NCBI GenBank assembly: GCA_951406725.2
Contig: OX597829.1
Span: 40,238,001 to 40,302,000, forward strand
Source: Octopus vulgaris
Lineage: Eukaryota
DNA length: 64,000 bases
Direction of reading: 5' to 3'
The first letter of the stretch is position 1. Every line of letters starts with the position of its first letter. The translations under genes were made by a program, and so were the position numbers. Shown piece after piece: positions 1 through 12,194 of the stretch. The notes beneath the pieces are model-generated. The model did not search any database, was not told where the DNA came from, and was given only the letters and a program-made list of their open reading frames with translations.

Positions 1-94
1 GTCTTTTACTATAAGCTTGGGCCAACCAAAGTCTTGTGAGTCGATTAAGTAGACGGAAACTGAAAGAAGCCCATTGTGTGTGTGAGTACATATA

Positions 95-281
95 TAGGGA
101 GAGTTTACGAAAAACAAAAAACAAAAGACGAAGACAGGTGGTGTAGAAAACAAACAGATGTATTAGTATAACGCTCAGGAATAGAAAAAGTCTTTTACGT
201 TTCGAGCCTACGCTCTTCTTCAGAAAGGCACACAAAAATCAAGGAGAGAAAAAAATGTGTGTTGTGATTAACGATCTATCG
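95..281 (-). mobile_element. Short non-coding Penelope-like terminal repeat (pLTR) fragment carrying the hammerhead
   Basis: About 190-bp insert between TA and GT microsatellites, containing the hammerhead. A shorter relative of its tail is at ~7655-7720 (aaaacaaaagac..aagacaggtg..tgtattagt). Confidence 0.55.
192..227 (-). ncRNA. Minimal type I hammerhead ribozyme (Penelope-like element type)
   Basis: Minus strand reads CUUU-CUGAAGA-A-GAGC(GUAG)GCUC-GAAAC-GUA-AAAG. Conserved core, 4-bp helix I (CUUU/AAAG), 4-bp helix II, palindromic ACGU helix III. Predicted cleavage between 196 and 195. Confidence 0.8.
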
Positions 282-705
282 TGTGTGTGTGTGTGTGTGT
301 GTATTTATCCTTATTTAACATCCGTTTTCCATGTTGGCACGGGTTTGACAGGAGCTGACCAGGGCTGCTTTGGCATGGTTTCTACGGCTGGATACCCTCC
401 CTAACACCAACCACTTTACAGAGTGTACTAGGTGCTTTTACTTAATACCGGGGTGGGTGCTTTTTACGTGGCACCAGCACTTAGGAGCCTTCAAGATTAG
501 GGATGCTCAGCTGGAGAGTGTTACAGGGGACAAGCCTGTATGCAAGGTCAACAATGCATTTACTTAGCTTGATGTATCGTTTCAAGTACAGCAAACCACC
601 AGGAGTCTTGGTCCCCTGTCATCTATGTGAGTCCCAACATCAGTAGATCCTTTCTCACTACTTTGTTCCACATCTTCCTGGGTCTATCCCTTCCACATGT
701 TGGGC

Positions 706-761
<56 letters not shown>

Positions 762-769
762 TAATAATA

Positions 770-1003
770 ATTATTATTATTTGTGGGAATATTATTCCTA
801 ACTTACAGGGAAAAATTCAATTTAGAAATACTAAATCAAATTTCACAAAATATAATATATTTGTATAAAGTGTTATCAGATCTTTTATCAGGATGCTACT
901 AACCTTTTTGTATGTGTATATATATACACATACAAAAAGGTTAGTAGCATTCTGATAAAAGGTCTGATAATACTTTTTAAAATAATTTTATTTAAAAATC
1001 ACC

Positions 1004-1006
<3 letters not shown>
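770..1006 (-). mobile_element. Foldback insert in (TA)n, tail related to the 14400-14720 element
   Basis: 55-bp palindrome at 867-976. Segment 785-860 (ttacagggaaaaattcaatttag) is a reverse-complement relative of 14640-14710 (ctaaatctgatttttccctgtaa). Confidence 0.5.
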
Positions 1007-1037
<31 letters not shown>

Positions 1038-1889
1038 AAGAGGATGGGCTCAAGATCACCTCCTCCAATTCCCCCTTCACCTCCTTTTTGTGTTGCAAGT
1101 TACTTGGTCACCCTGCCAGTGCTGGTGCCATGTCAAAAGAGTATCCAGTGCACACTGTAAAGTGGTTGGAATTTAGAAGGGCATCCAGCTGTAAAACCAT
1201 GCCAAAACAGACCTCACATGTGGTGGTGCTATGTAAAAAGCACTAAGTCCACTCTGCTGGGTGGTTGGTGTTGGAAAGGGCATCCAGCCATGGAAGCCAT
1301 GCCAAAACAGATACAGAAGTTCGGTGTAGTCTTCTGCCCGACTAGCCTCTGTCAAACTGTCCTACCCATGCCAGCATGGAAAGCGGATGTTAAGCAATGT
1401 TGATGACACAGCTTGGATTTCAATCTGTCTAGATAGATATACACACTGCACTGTTCTCTGCATATCATATATCTATATTACTGGGTGTAGATAATGTATT
1501 CATTCAACCACAAGCTTATATATATAGATCAAACAGAATTGAGACCATTAACTCCACCCTAGTATCATAAGTACAATTAAAGGAGTGTCCATTAGAGAGT
1601 TTCCAACAACACCAAAGAGTTTATTTCCTTCCTTTCTTTTGTGTTGGTGTGAAATATTGTTTTTCTACAATGTATAAGGAGCCGAAAATGTCAAACAAAT
1701 CTTTTGTTTTCGTGATTTTTAAAAGTCAGTACTTTGAACGTCATTTTTTTTTATACAATGCATGTGATATGTAAAATAGCATGCAAACACACACACAAGC
1801 ACACACACCCACAAACTAACACACATGCACATACACAAACTCACACTCACACATACACACACGTACTACACTTTTTAGTTATTGAATAT

Positions 1890-2168
1890 GCGTGGGGGGT
1901 GCAATGGCCCAGTGTTTAGGGCAGCAGACTTGCGGTCGTTGGATTGCGGTTTCGATTACCAGACTGAGCGGTTGTGACTGTTTATTGAGCGAAAACGCCT
2001 AAAGCTCCATGAGGCCCCAGCAGGGGGGGGGGGGGGTGCTGTACTCTTTCACCACAACTTTTTCTCACTCACTCTTTCTTCCTGTTTCTGTTTGTACCTG
2101 TTTTTCAAAGTGCCAGCCTTGTCACGCTGAATCTTCCCGAGAACTACATTAAGGGTACACATGTCTAT
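1890..2168 (+). mobile_element. tRNA-derived SINE, family D
   Basis: Head gcaatggcccagtg(g)ttagggcagc..ggtttcgatt with A/B boxes. Other copies at ~31351-31645, 35414-35720 and 59283-59590. Confidence 0.8.
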
Positions 2169-2169
2169 G

Positions 2170-3770
2170 TTCATATTGAATGTAGCATTTGTTGAAATCA
2201 AGTGTGGAAAACAACATCCATCACGTGGTGTCCATTTTCATTGATGCATTTCTGAAGGCATCCTTGGAAGTTGGTCTCCACTCTCTCCAGCATTGCTCTG
2301 TCAATTTGGGTGACTTCCACATGAATAACTTACTTCAAATCATCCAGTATACGGGGCTGATGCACGTACACACATGCCTTGAGATTTCCCCACAATAAAT
2401 AATCATGCATGGACAAATTAGGGGAGCAAGGAAACCAAGGAATGGCAACAAACCTGGAAATGAGATGGTCACTGAAGAGAGGGCGAAGAATGTCCATTGA
2501 TGCTCTGGCTGTGTCAATTTTTGCTCCATCCTGCTGAAACCACACACATCGAATAAGCATATGTTTTCATCGTAATTCAGGCACAAAGAAGTTGTTTATC
2601 ATCTCGATGTAATGCTCTGAGTTCACAGTAACAGAATTTCCATTATTGTCTTTAAAAAAATCAAAAACCAATGATGGCAGCTTTTTAACAGCACACTAGA
2701 CCATCACTTTTGGGCTGTGCGGTGGTCTTTTGTGCAGTTCTCTCGGATTTTCTAGAGCTCAATAATGTCAGTTCTGTTGATTCACCATGCCATTGAGATG
2801 AAGATGAGCTTCATCATTCATTAACAAAATGAGGTTGTCATTTGCCTCAAAAATTGCTTCCATCTGATGTGCAAAGCTAAGCCGCTGTGCATAATAATTC
2901 CATGGTTTCAACTGTTTCTCAAAGACCAAATTGTCCAAGTGGAAATGCAGATCTTCTTGCAAAATACACCTTTTGATTACCAATGCCAAGTTAAGTGGAA
3001 TGCCTCCAAACAGAGTGATTCAGACTCTGTATCAAAACTTGTCTGATGCAGTTCACATTTTCCAGGGTCTGTACCATTCATGAGTCCCCCTTCGGTCTCC
3101 TATTCATTTGTGTACCTCATGTAAAAAGTGCATTTACCGAACGTAAGATTGTGTTACGGGTGGGAACAGCCTGATTTTGGTGAATGTTGAAGTGGCACCA
3201 AAACTCACGCTGAACTTCTATGACAGACTCATTATTCTTCACCGAATCGTAGCCGATGCCAGCGCCGCCTTGACTGGCTTCCGTGTCGGTGGCACGTAAA
3301 AAGCTCCATCCGAATCGTGGCCGAAGCCAGTGCCGCCTCGACTGGCTTCTGTGCAGGTGGCACGTAAAATGCACCAATCTGATCGTAGCTGTTGCCAGCC
3401 TCGCCTGGCACCTGTGCAGGTGGCACATAAAAAACACCCACTACACTCACGGAGTGGTTGGCGTTAGGAAGGGCATCCAGCTGTAGAAACATTGCCAGAT
3501 AAGACCGGAGCCTGGTGCAGCCTTCTGGCTTCCCAGATCCCCGGTCGAACCGTCCAACCCATGCTAGCATGGAGAACGGACGTTAAACAATGATGATGAT
3601 ATAACTGTCGTAGCCAATCATGCGAGGCTCTATCTTCCACTCCACCATGGCTTCACCTGAAAAGAAATGTTAAGACATCATGGACCGAATGGTACCTGTC
3701 AGACATATGTCTCTTCCCCTGGGACTGAGTAAGAGCCATTTCCAAAATGTCTGTCCTCTCTGCACCACCA
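2170..3770 (-). mobile_element. Decayed Tc1/mariner-superfamily transposon, DD41D (rosa/Visitor-like) transposase pseudogene
   Basis: Fragments: MVEWKIEPRMIGYDSY (ATG at 3648), VKNNESVIEVQREF..VPTRNTILRSV (N-terminal HTH), LMNDEAHLHLNGMVNQQN, and WFQQDGA..WFPCSPNLSMHDYLLWGNLK with 41 residues between the 2nd and 3rd Asp. Frameshifted and split by a SINE at 3243-3600. Confidence 0.88.
3243..3600 (+). mobile_element. SINE/retroposon family C with (GAT)n tail, inserted in the mariner ORF
   Basis: Internal repeats gtggcacgtaaaaagcacc, core tggttggcgttaggaagggcatccagctgtagaaac, 3' end ccatgctagcatggagaacggacgttaaac(gat)n. Other copies on + at ~1090-1406, 9050-9324, 25290-25685, 26065-26420, 58925-59145, 62185-62465; on - at ~305-700, 17305-17630, 29272-29632, 51243-51765. 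Confidence 0.85.
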
Positions 3771-4425
3771 TATATATATATGTATGTCTATGTGTATGTG
3801 TGCGCGTATATATATATGCGTGTATATATATATATATACACACACACACACCCATATATATATATGTATATACACACACACACATATATGTATATACACA
3901 CACACACATATATATATAAGTATATATATGTGGGTCGATGAGTCTAGGTGTATGGAGAGAGAGGTAGAGGGGATGTAATGATGTCTATTATGAATATCCT
4001 AATAATTAGGACTGAAGAAATCTCAGAGGAATGTTTATTATATAGATACAAGTACAATATTATCTGTGTGATTAGTATGCAAAAACTTCCAGGGCTATTT
4101 AGAAGCTCCCAATAATAAGATCATTTGATTGAAATTTAATCTTTGAGTCAAGATATTCATTTCCTAAGTGTAATTGACTACAAAGAAAATAGTCTTATTT
4201 ATTATTATTATTATTGTTATTATTATTATTATTATTTATTTTATTTTAGAATTTCTTGGTGAGTGGGGGGATGAGCTGTTGTGATGTTCATACGTTTTCC
4301 CCGGTGCAGTGGAACTGAAATAGATATTTCGTTTTAAAATGTTGTTGAACAAAACAGTGGCCTGCCAAGCAAGCCTTGATACACATATATATATATATGT
4401 GTGTGTGTATGTATATGTGTGTATA

Positions 4426-4472
<47 letters not shown>

Positions 4473-4689
4473 ATGTATATATATGTGTGTGTGTGTGTGT
4501 ATATACACCTTCTTGCTCTCTTGCAAAATCTTACTGCAGTTACATTTAAGAAAGTGAAGAGGATGTTTAAAACCCAACAAACAAGATACAATTTTCTTTC
4601 TATTGTTTTTGATTGTTCTTTTTTTTTGTTTGTTTTGTTTTCCTGTTTATATATCTTCTTGTTTATGTGTTTCTCGCTTGCTCTCTATC

Positions 4690-4738
4690 TTTCTATTTCT
4701 CTCTTTCTGTTTCTATTTTTACTCCCTGTTTTGTTTCT

Positions 4739-4792
<54 letters not shown>

Positions 4793-4961
4793 CTGTCTCT
4801 GTCTTCTTGTCTCTCTCTCTATCTTTTTGTCTTTGTTTATATTTCTCTACCTCTCTCTTTTCCTTTCTGCCTCTCTCTTTCTCTAGCTATGCTTTTTCTC
4901 TCTCTCTCTAGCTATGCTTTTTTCTCTCTCTCTCTCTCTCTCTCTCTAGCAAGCTATGCTT

Positions 4962-4996
<35 letters not shown>

Positions 4997-5154
4997 ATCT
5001 CTTTGTCTTTGTTTATATCTCTCTACCTATCTCTTTTCCTTTCTGCCTCTCTCTCTCTCTCTCTCTCTATCTTTGTTTATATCTCTCTACCTATCTCTTT
5101 TCCTTTCTGCCTCTCTCTCTCTCTCTATCTCTATTTTCCTTTTCTGTGAGTTTG

Positions 5155-5187
<33 letters not shown>
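4690..5187. repeat. Compound (CT)n / polypyrimidine minisatellite
   Basis: (CT)n tracts interspersed with repeated ctttgtttatatctctctacctatctcttttcctttctgcc and agctatgcttt units. Confidence 0.85.
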
Positions 5188-5189
<2 letters not shown>

Positions 5190-5433
5190 CACACATGTCA
5201 ACAGACTCCTCATCATCATAGCCACCATCACCTGCGATGCCGCTTTTGCCAATGTTGGTGTTGTGCATGTCAGCAGCACAGAATCAGCAGAGAGCTGCAT
5301 CCTTAAATAACTGATGAACTTTTCATTAACATTCTTCTTTTAATCTACTTGTTCACATCTGCCGCTGCCATGTTAGCAACAGGCTTCTTTCTTGGCTCTC
5401 AGGACTCTCCATTATAATTTGCACGCGCACACA

Positions 5434-5464
<31 letters not shown>

Positions 5465-5899
5465 GCACAAGCAATGCACATGCACCGTGCATCAGTCATT
5501 CTTGTTCAAGCATCCAGCACTAAATACTACAGGAATTATTGCTCAACTCTCTCTCCCCCCCTCTCTCCCTCTCTCCCTCTCTCCACCCTCTCCCCCTCTC
5601 CCTCCCGTCCCCCCCCTCTCTCTCTCTCTCATATTTCTTCTCTTTCTCTATAGATGCTCATATACACACGTGAATGTGTGTGCATGTACATATTTATATA
5701 TACCTTTAGGTTTTTTTGGGTGGCATTTCACTGAACTGCTGATCTGAATTCTTCACTTCCAATCTTCAAAGATGGGATGCAACCAGCTCAAGAGTAGCAA
5801 TTTGAAGAATTTGTAGCCCTTCTCCTTCGGTACAAAACGGTACTCTCTTCTCTTGTAGTTCACACTCGTGTGTTTTCAAATCATAACGTAAAAATATAT

Positions 5900-6077
5900 A
5901 GGTGCAGGAGTGGCTGTGTGGTAAGTAGCTTGCTTACCAACCACATGGTTCCGGGTTCAGTTCCACTGTGTGGCACCTTGGGCAAGTGTCTTCTACTATA
6001 GCCTCGGGCCGACCAAAGCCATGTGAGAGGATTTGGTAGGCGGAAACTGAAAGAAGCCCGTCGTATATATGTATATG

Positions 6078-6108
<31 letters not shown>

Positions 6109-6320
6109 CTGTGTTTGTCCCCATAGCATTGCTTGACAACCGATGCTGGTGTGTTTATGTCCCCGTCACTTAGCGGTTCGGCAAAAGAGACCGATAGAAT
6201 AAGTACTGGGCTTACAAAAAGAATAAGTCCCGGGGATCGAGTTGCTCGATTAAAGGCGGTGCTCCAGCATGGCCGCAGTCAAATGACTGAAACAAGTAAA
6301 AGAGTAAAGAGTAAAAGAGT
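5900..6320 (+). mobile_element. tRNA-derived SINE, family A (full length)
   Basis: Head ggagtggctgtgtggtaag..ggttcagttccact, internal (TA/TG)n, tail ccagcatggccgcagtcaaatgactgaaacaagt(aaaagagt)n. Other copies on + at ~10052-10460, 43375-43760, 49368-49740, 52558-53360 (stacked), 53910-54310; on - at ~29905-30670 (two), 39785-40170, 47990-48372, plus older fragments. Confidence 0.9.
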
Positions 6321-6944
6321 ATGTGCGTGCGTGTGTGTGTGTGGTAACGAAAAAGAAAGAGTGAGTTATGTAATTACATTCAGTACCTTACTTGCATTTC
6401 AACTAAAGGAACATAGCATAAGGTGATGTGTGTCACTCCATACTTTCAATAGTTTTGTCGTATATATGTTACTTAAGCTTGCGATGGCCTGTCCAACCCA
6501 TACCAATGAATATGTGTGTGTGTGTGTGTGCTTGGACCAGTGAAACTAGAAGCAAATAAAGCTGTAAATTTGAACTAACATATAATATATATATATATAT
6601 ATATCACAAAGTATCTTTTCAAATCAGCAAAGAAGCTTCTCTGTGGTTCCTTGGCCTACTAGAAAGGGCAGCTAGTTATCACCTCCTAATGCGGTTTGTT
6701 CCTAACCTTTTCTGAGTCATTACACATTTTTATGCAGTAGCATTTTTTATGTTTTGAACATATCTCAAAGACCAACAGTTGTCTGTGAAACCCAGATTCA
6801 ATGCTACTGCCCTACTGTCTTAAAACAAAGAATAATGGAAAGGTCACATTAGTAAATATAATTCAAGACATACTATACCTAAAAAAAAAAAAAAACTAAA
6901 ATCCTAAACACCAAATAGAGATGGTAACAGACTTAACAGGTGAC

Positions 6945-7164
6945 GTAAGGCGGTGAGCTGGCAGAAATGTTAGCTCGTTGGACGAAATGCTCAGTGGTAT
7001 TTCGTCCGCCGCTACGTTCTGAGTTCAAATTCCGCCGAGGTCGACTCTCATCCTTTCGGGGGTCGATAAATTAAGTACCAGTTACGCACTGAGGTCGATA
7101 TAATCGACTTAATCCGTTTGTTTGTCCTCTCTGTGTTTAGCCCCTTGTGGGTAGTAAAGAAATA
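6945..7164 (+). mobile_element. tRNA-derived SINE, family B, with 22-bp target-site duplication
   Basis: Reads aaggcggtgagctggcagaa..gagttcaaattccgccgaggtcgac..catcctttcggggtcgataaattaagtacc..gtagtaaagaaata. Direct repeat ggtaacagacttaacaggtgac at 6923-6944 and 7165-7186. Other copies on + at ~23192-23428, 49775-50007, 58718-58895, 62749-62980; on - at ~10863-11067, 18970-19203, 24240-24440, 60120-60333. Confidence 0.9.
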
Positions 7165-8054
7165 GGTAACAGACTTAACAGGTGACTTTATTTTGATTTT
7201 CTTATGACTGCAGTTTATTTGCTTTTGACGGAACGGATGGCAAGTGTCTGTGGCCCTTTTTTGAGAGGCTCAGAAACTGCTGGAAGTGAAGAAGTCTCAT
7301 TTTAAATGAGAGACCTTGCATCTTTGATTGCAACAGAGTTTGTACCTTTGCTACAAGGTAATCACTCAAAGGTATGGCCCAGATGTGGTCCTTTCGGTGG
7401 TGGTGGAAGCCAGACTACAAGAAAAACAATAATACTGTGTGTTATTATTTACATTTTACTTGTTTCAGTCGTTTGAGGAACTATGTAGGGGTGGGGGGGG
7501 TATTATTAATCAAAAATCAGCCTCAGTACTTTTACTTTTAAACTGGGCACTTAGTCTGTTGGTGCCGTTGCTGAACAGCTAAGTTACAAGGATGTAAACA
7601 AACCAACAGCAGCTGTCAAGCAGTGATGATGGGATGTCAACACACACACACAGAGTTCAAGTTTACAGAAAACAAAAGACAAAGACAGGTGAAGGAACAA
7701 GCAGGTGTATTAGTTTACGCACACACACACACAATGAGCTTCTTCACAGTTTCCATCTGACATTCAGTCATACAAAATAAGGTATTGGTTGGCTGGAGTT
7801 ATAATAATACACACCCAAGGTGCTGGGCTTGGGACTGAACCTGAAACCATGTGGTTGCCAGGTGAGCTTCTTCACTACACACCCATGTCAGTGCCTGTAT
7901 TTTTATTTTTTTTATTTTCCGCTTCTTTGTTTTTCAGTTTTGAAGGCGATACAACTGACATAGTATTTAGTATTTGTTTGGTGTAACATATACTACAAAG
8001 ATAAGCTCCACTGAACTGACATACATAAACGCACGCATGTGCACTCACATACAC

Positions 8055-8056
8055 AA

Positions 8057-8115
<59 letters not shown>

Positions 8116-8298
8116 CATATATATATATATGTATATATATATATTTACATATGTATATATATATATATGTATATACATACATACATATGTATATATATAT
8201 ATATGTATATACATACATACATATGTGTATATATATATATATATGTATATACATACATACATGTGTATATATATATATATATGTATATACATACATAC

Positions 8299-8343
<45 letters not shown>

Positions 8344-8475
8344 CATATATATATACATGTATATATACATACATATGTATATATACATGTATATATATAT
8401 ACATACATATGTATATATACATGTATATATATATACATACATACATATGTATATATATATATACATACATGTGTG

Positions 8476-8516
<41 letters not shown>

Positions 8517-8535
8517 ACACACATACATGTGCATA
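8055..8535. repeat. (TA)n/(TACA)n compound microsatellite array
   Basis: Directly visible; source of the spurious YIYI ORFs. Confidence 0.95.
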
Positions 8536-11158
8536 CATCTCGCATTGCATTCCAACACAGACAGGAAAGGGAAAAAAAAGAACAAAGAAAAAAAATAATT
8601 CTTTCTCATGCTTGCTTATATTTCTTTTTAAATTTTCTCAATCAAAGCCTTATCAGTAAGAAAATTCAGTGGACCATGAAGCGTCTCTGCCTCTCTCTCT
8701 CTCTCTCTGCCTCTCTCTCTCTCTTTTCCAGTTGTACATTGATATATGACACAGAAAAGAAGATGCCACACCTGTTTCAGCTATCTGGATCGATCTGCTT
8801 CCTTCGTTAGCTGGTGATATTTATTAAGTACAGCTGGCTGGTGCTAAACATAGATGACCCCCCACCTGCTGGTCTTCTTTTAACCTATGCCAAATATGAA
8901 TGAACAGAAATAATAGAACGCTGCCACTGCTGCTGCTGCTGCTGCTGCAGCTGCAACTATCGCTGCTGCTATTGCTGCTTCCGCTGTTGTGACCATCACT
9001 ACTGCAGTTGCCGCTGTTATGGCTGTTGTTACTGTAAATAGTTTGTGCAAAAACACCATCCGATCGTGGCCGTTTGCCAGCCTCGCCTGGACCCCGTGCC
9101 AGTGGCACGTAAAAAGCACCATCCGAGCGTGGCCGTTAGCCGGCCTCGTCTGGCACCTGTGCCGGTGGCACGTAAAAAGCACCCACTACACTCATGGAGT
9201 GGTTGGCGTTAGGAAGGGGCCAGATCAGACTGGGCCTGGTGCAGCCTTCTGGCTTCCCAGACCCCAGTTGAACCGTCCAACCCATGCCGGCATGGAAAAC
9301 GGACGCTAAACGATGATGATGATATTATGTTGGCAACTAAGTTCCCACTCTTGCGAGCTGTGGGACGAAGACTGCTTCACTCAACAAACAAAACAAACAA
9401 ACAAGCAAACTGCAGCAACAGCTCAAGCATGAAAGACTGTAGTAATAGCGCAAAAAATGATAGTTGCACAACAGTGCAGATGATTGGAAATCCCACATGT
9501 TTGAAATATCTTTTGTTTTACTTGTTTTTGTCATTGGTCTTCAGCCATTCTGGAGCACCATCTTGACGGGTTTAGTCAAACAAATTGGCCCCCAGTACTC
9601 ATTTTTTAAATTTTATTTTTAAAGTTTGGTAATTATCCTGTTGGACTCTTTTGTCTAACTGCTAAGTTATGGGGATGTAAACAAACAAACATCAGTTGTC
9701 AAGCAGGAAACCACCATGACACACACACACACAATGGGCTTCTTTCAGTTTCCATCCACCAAGTCCATCCACAAGGGTTTGGCTAGTCTGGAGCTTTAGT
9801 AAAGGACACATATATCCAAGGTGCCACACGGTGGGACTGAACCTGAAACCATGTTGTCAGGAAGCAAACTTCTTACCACACAGCAATGCCTGCGGAGAGA
9901 TTCCCCACCCCCCCACCGAAATAATAATATTACAAGTCGATGGTTATTTTGAAATTATGCAAAATCAACAACCGCAGCTGGAAAATAATTGAATAGTTAA
10001 TTATCCTGTGATAATTAATTCACAGGTGGTTTTTAAAAACCAAATTGACAAAGGCGCGAGAGTGGCTGTGTGGTAAGTAGCTTGCTAACCAACCACATGG
10101 TTCCGGGTTCAGTCCCACTGTGTGGCATCTTGCGCAAGTTTCTTCTGCTATAGCCTCGGGCCGACCAATGTCTTGTGAGTGGATTTGGTAGACGGAAACT
10201 GAAAGAAGCCTGTCGTATATATATATATGTATATGTGTGTGTGTCTGTGTTTGTCCCCCTAGCATTGCTTGACAACCGATGCTGATGTGTTTACGTCCCC
10301 GTCACTTAGCGGTTCGGCAAAAAGAGACCGATAGGATAAGTACTGGGCTTACAAAAGAATAAGTCCTGGGGGGTCGATTTGCTCGACTAAAAGGCGGTGC
10401 TCCAGCATGGCCGCAGTCAAATGACTGAAACAAGTAAAAGAGAGAAAAGAGAAAAAGAGTAAAGGAATGAAAAGGCATAATGATGGAAAAAGGGATGGAC
10501 ATCACAATGAGTATAGCCACGTCTAGATTTGATTGGAAAGGGATGAGAGCCACATTGAGACATTCGAGATAGACAATAAAAAAAAATTATATTTTTATGA
10601 TGATATACTCAAACTGAAATTCCTCCTGTTTTACTAACTTTATTTCATGATAAACACGAATCTCCCCTACTTTTAGCCGCATATAAATATAGAAATATTT
10701 TAATTACTTCTGTCTCCTTTATAATTAGGTGTCCTTTCTTGCTTTCTGCTTGCCTCCATTTTTTGAGGATTGGGGAAAGGGAGGTCTTCTGTTTTCCCCT
10801 ATTACCCTTAACGGCTTGCCAGTCCATTCTCATATGGGGTGATTGTAACTGCGTTTAAATATATATTTCTTTATTGCCCACAAGGGGCTAAACGTAGAGG
10901 GGACAAACAAGGACAGACAAAGGGTTTAGGTCGATTACATCGACCCAGTGCGAAACTGGTACTTTATTTATCGACCCCGAGAGGATGAAAGGCAAAGTCG
11001 ACCCCAGCGGAATTTGAACTCAGAACGTAACGACAGACGAAATACCGCTAAGCATTTCGTCCGGCACCTTCTTATGGTCCTTGTGTTATTACATTATCCT
11101 ATGTATTTTGCTACAAGCTTATGGATAGATGTGTGGCACACCAGTTCAACCTACTTAC

Positions 11159-11452
11159 ATACTCTTGTTGTCCATATCGTCCCATCTGCCTGTGCCCAAC
11201 ATATTCTCATTGTCAATATAGTCCCATCTGCCTCTGCCCAACATATTCTCATTGTCAATATAGTCCAATCTGCCTGTGCCCAATATATTCTCATTGTCAA
11301 TATAGTCCCATCTGCCTGTGCCCAATATATTCTCATTGTCAATATAGTCCCATCTACTTGTGCCCAACATATTCTCATTGTCAATATAGTCCCATCTGCC
11401 TCTGCCCAACATACTCTTGTTGCCAATATAGTCCCATTTGCCTATGCCCAAC
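11159..11452. repeat. 42-bp minisatellite, 7 units
   Basis: Unit atattctcattgtcaatatagtcccatctgcctgtgcccaac. The two terminal units share a diverged variant (actcttgttg). Confidence 0.95.
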
Positions 11453-12163
11453 TCATATTATTAGGGGAGCACTCGATGTGCTATACATCTTTTAGAAGGG
11501 GTAGTAAAGTCCCATTTAGCTCTGGCAAAGTAAAAGCATCTTACTTTTCATCTTTAAGTTCCCCGGGGTAGGAAGTACACACCATTGTGACATAAAGCCC
11601 TTTCATTTTGTTTTTTTCCTTTCTGCCTCTGTGTGTGTGACTGTATTCATATCTGAAACCAACTTTCCTTTGGTTTATGATACTGCTAGAAATGTTATAA
11701 ACTTGTGCTAATGTCTCACGAGTTTGCTTTGTTGTTTTTCTGTTAACACTCCTGTTCTTGAGGAAGTTTGCATTTTTGGGTGTCAAGTTCTGACTTCTTA
11801 CATTTGCAAGTACATGTATATTGCTTCACTGTGGTTTCCTTTTTTTTTTTTTTGGGTTTTTTTTTTTTTGGTTTTTGTTTTACATTCAGCACTTTTCTTT
11901 TCTTTTTTTTTTTTGAATTTGCATTCCTGTTCCATTTCTTCTTAGTACCTCTGCCTGCTCCTCCAGTACAAGAAACTATATTACATAGTTAAGCCAAAAA
12001 AAAAAAAGAACCAAAAAATTTCAGAAAAAGACAAAACAAAACAGATCTTTTATTTACTTCAGATATTGGAATAGATGTCTACACACTGTGAAGTTCCTTT
12101 TTTGCAAAAAAAAAAAAAAACAACCCAAAACAAACCTCCACTCAAAACAACAACAACAATAAC

Positions 12164-12194
<31 letters not shown>

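Noticed and set aside
8915-9035. (GCT)n-rich poly-Ala/Ser coding segment
   Set aside because: Degenerate triplet repeat running directly into a SINE, with no splice support.
11159-11452. CRISPR-like regular repeats
   Set aside because: Head-to-tail units with no unique spacers, no cas genes, eukaryotic context.
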